Source: Octopus sinensis
Taxonomy: Eukaryota
Assembly (NCBI RefSeq): GCF_006345805.1
Contig: NC_043019.1
Coordinates: forward strand, 12,957,360-13,021,359
Length of the DNA: 64,000 bases
Reading direction: 5' to 3'
The translations under genes were made by a program, and so were the position numbers. Under the pieces are notes generated by a model. That model ran no database searches, had not been told where the DNA came from, and was given only the letters and a program-made list of their open reading frames with translations. Of the stretch, positions 63,053 to 64,000 are shown piece by piece. Numbering within the stretch: position 1 is the stretch's first letter; every line of letters begins with the position of its first letter.

Positions 63053-63515
63053 GAGATGTTAAGAATTATTATTATTATAAAGTCACTTAATGTAACAGAT
63101 ACAAAATACTTATCCTGTCCAATTAAAGAAAAGAAGTAAAAAGAATCTTTAAACCTAATTCTGTGCTCTTTCCACTTTTACTTTTTACCTATGTATGTAT
63201 ATGAATATACACATGTATATATACACTTATGTACATACATTATGTGTGTGTGTGTATTCACGTATATTATATATATATATATATATTTATCTTTGGTTAA
63301 TGAGAGATGGAAGATACGAGAATTTTTATTAATCACTACAATTGTTTTGATGCACCTGGCATCAATTCCATGAGATTACGGAGGTGCTTCAGCATGGCCA
63401 CGGTCAAACAACTGAAACAAGTAAAAGATAAAAGAAATGTGTATACATATATATATATATATAAGAAATACTAAATTTCTAAATCTCTCGTAGAGACATG
63501 TACGGTGGTGGGGCG

Positions 63516-63771
63516 ATAGAATGGTTGTATACTGTCAATCTAACACAAACGTGACAGTAGGGGGTACACCACCGCTGTATAGACCTAGGAAGCATCAACG
63601 CCTCCTGATGGCTTTGACACATTTTTCCCTGTGTCCTTATATACATTTAAATGTATATAAGGACACAGGGAAAAATGTGTCAAAGCGTCGATGCTTCCTA
63701 GGGCTATACAGCGGTGGTGTACCCCCCTACTGTCACGTTCGTGTTAGATTGACAGTATACAACCATTCTAT
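63516..63771. repeat. Spacerless palindrome, about 125-bp arms
   Basis: Centre tatacattt|aaatgtata; 11-nt indel in the left arm. Confidence 0.92.
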
Positions 63772-63853
63772 ATATATATATACCAGAGTAAACACATAAA
63801 TGTGAAACAAGGTGGAAAAAAGAGTACTCAAATACCAGTGGTAGAGTAATATG

Positions 63854-63990
63854 CTTTATTTAAAGCAGCAGAAAATTCAACAAAACCTGTTACTCTGAGT
63901 TTCACGTTGCCGTTCGTCGGACAGTTTTTGCTAGAACCGTGAAACTCAGAGTAACAGGTTTTGTTGAATTTTCTGCTGCTTTAAATAAAG
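63854..63990. repeat. Palindrome, 53-bp arms, 31-nt spacer, overlapping a hammerhead-like motif (63887-63924, minus)
   Basis: ctttatttaaagc...tttcacg / cgtgaaa...ctttaaataaag. Confidence 0.9.
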
Positions 63991-64000
63991 TATATATATA

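Overview
Eukaryotic, AT-rich, microsatellite- and SINE-dense genomic DNA. The repeat families look like those of Octopus (inferred from repeat style, not database-checked). One protein-coding gene spans almost the whole window on the + strand: a ZC2HC1A (FAM164A)-like C2HC zinc-finger gene, which I assembled as 9 coding exons (2288-59951, 1047 nt CDS, 348 aa, all GT-AG and phase-compatible). Its 22-nt first coding exon and 33.7 kb first intron are the least certain part. The rest is intronic or intergenic mobile DNA: a decayed RPL36A processed pseudogene, a near-intact irritans-type mariner, Tc1 and maT remnants, four Merlin-type MITE families with 8-bp TSDs, piggyBac and hAT MITEs, non-autonomous Helitrons, CR1 and RTE LINE 3' ends, at least four SINE-like families, a tRNA-Lys retrocopy with a retroposon tail, and mini- and microsatellites. 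The most striking unexplained layer is about 12 hammerhead-ribozyme-like motifs in Penelope-like fragments, several within long near-perfect palindromes. One 1.04 kb palindrome carries a canonical hammerhead core on each strand inside intron 5. No CRISPR, rRNA or prokaryotic features were seen. Repeat boundaries were read by eye and may be off by several bases.
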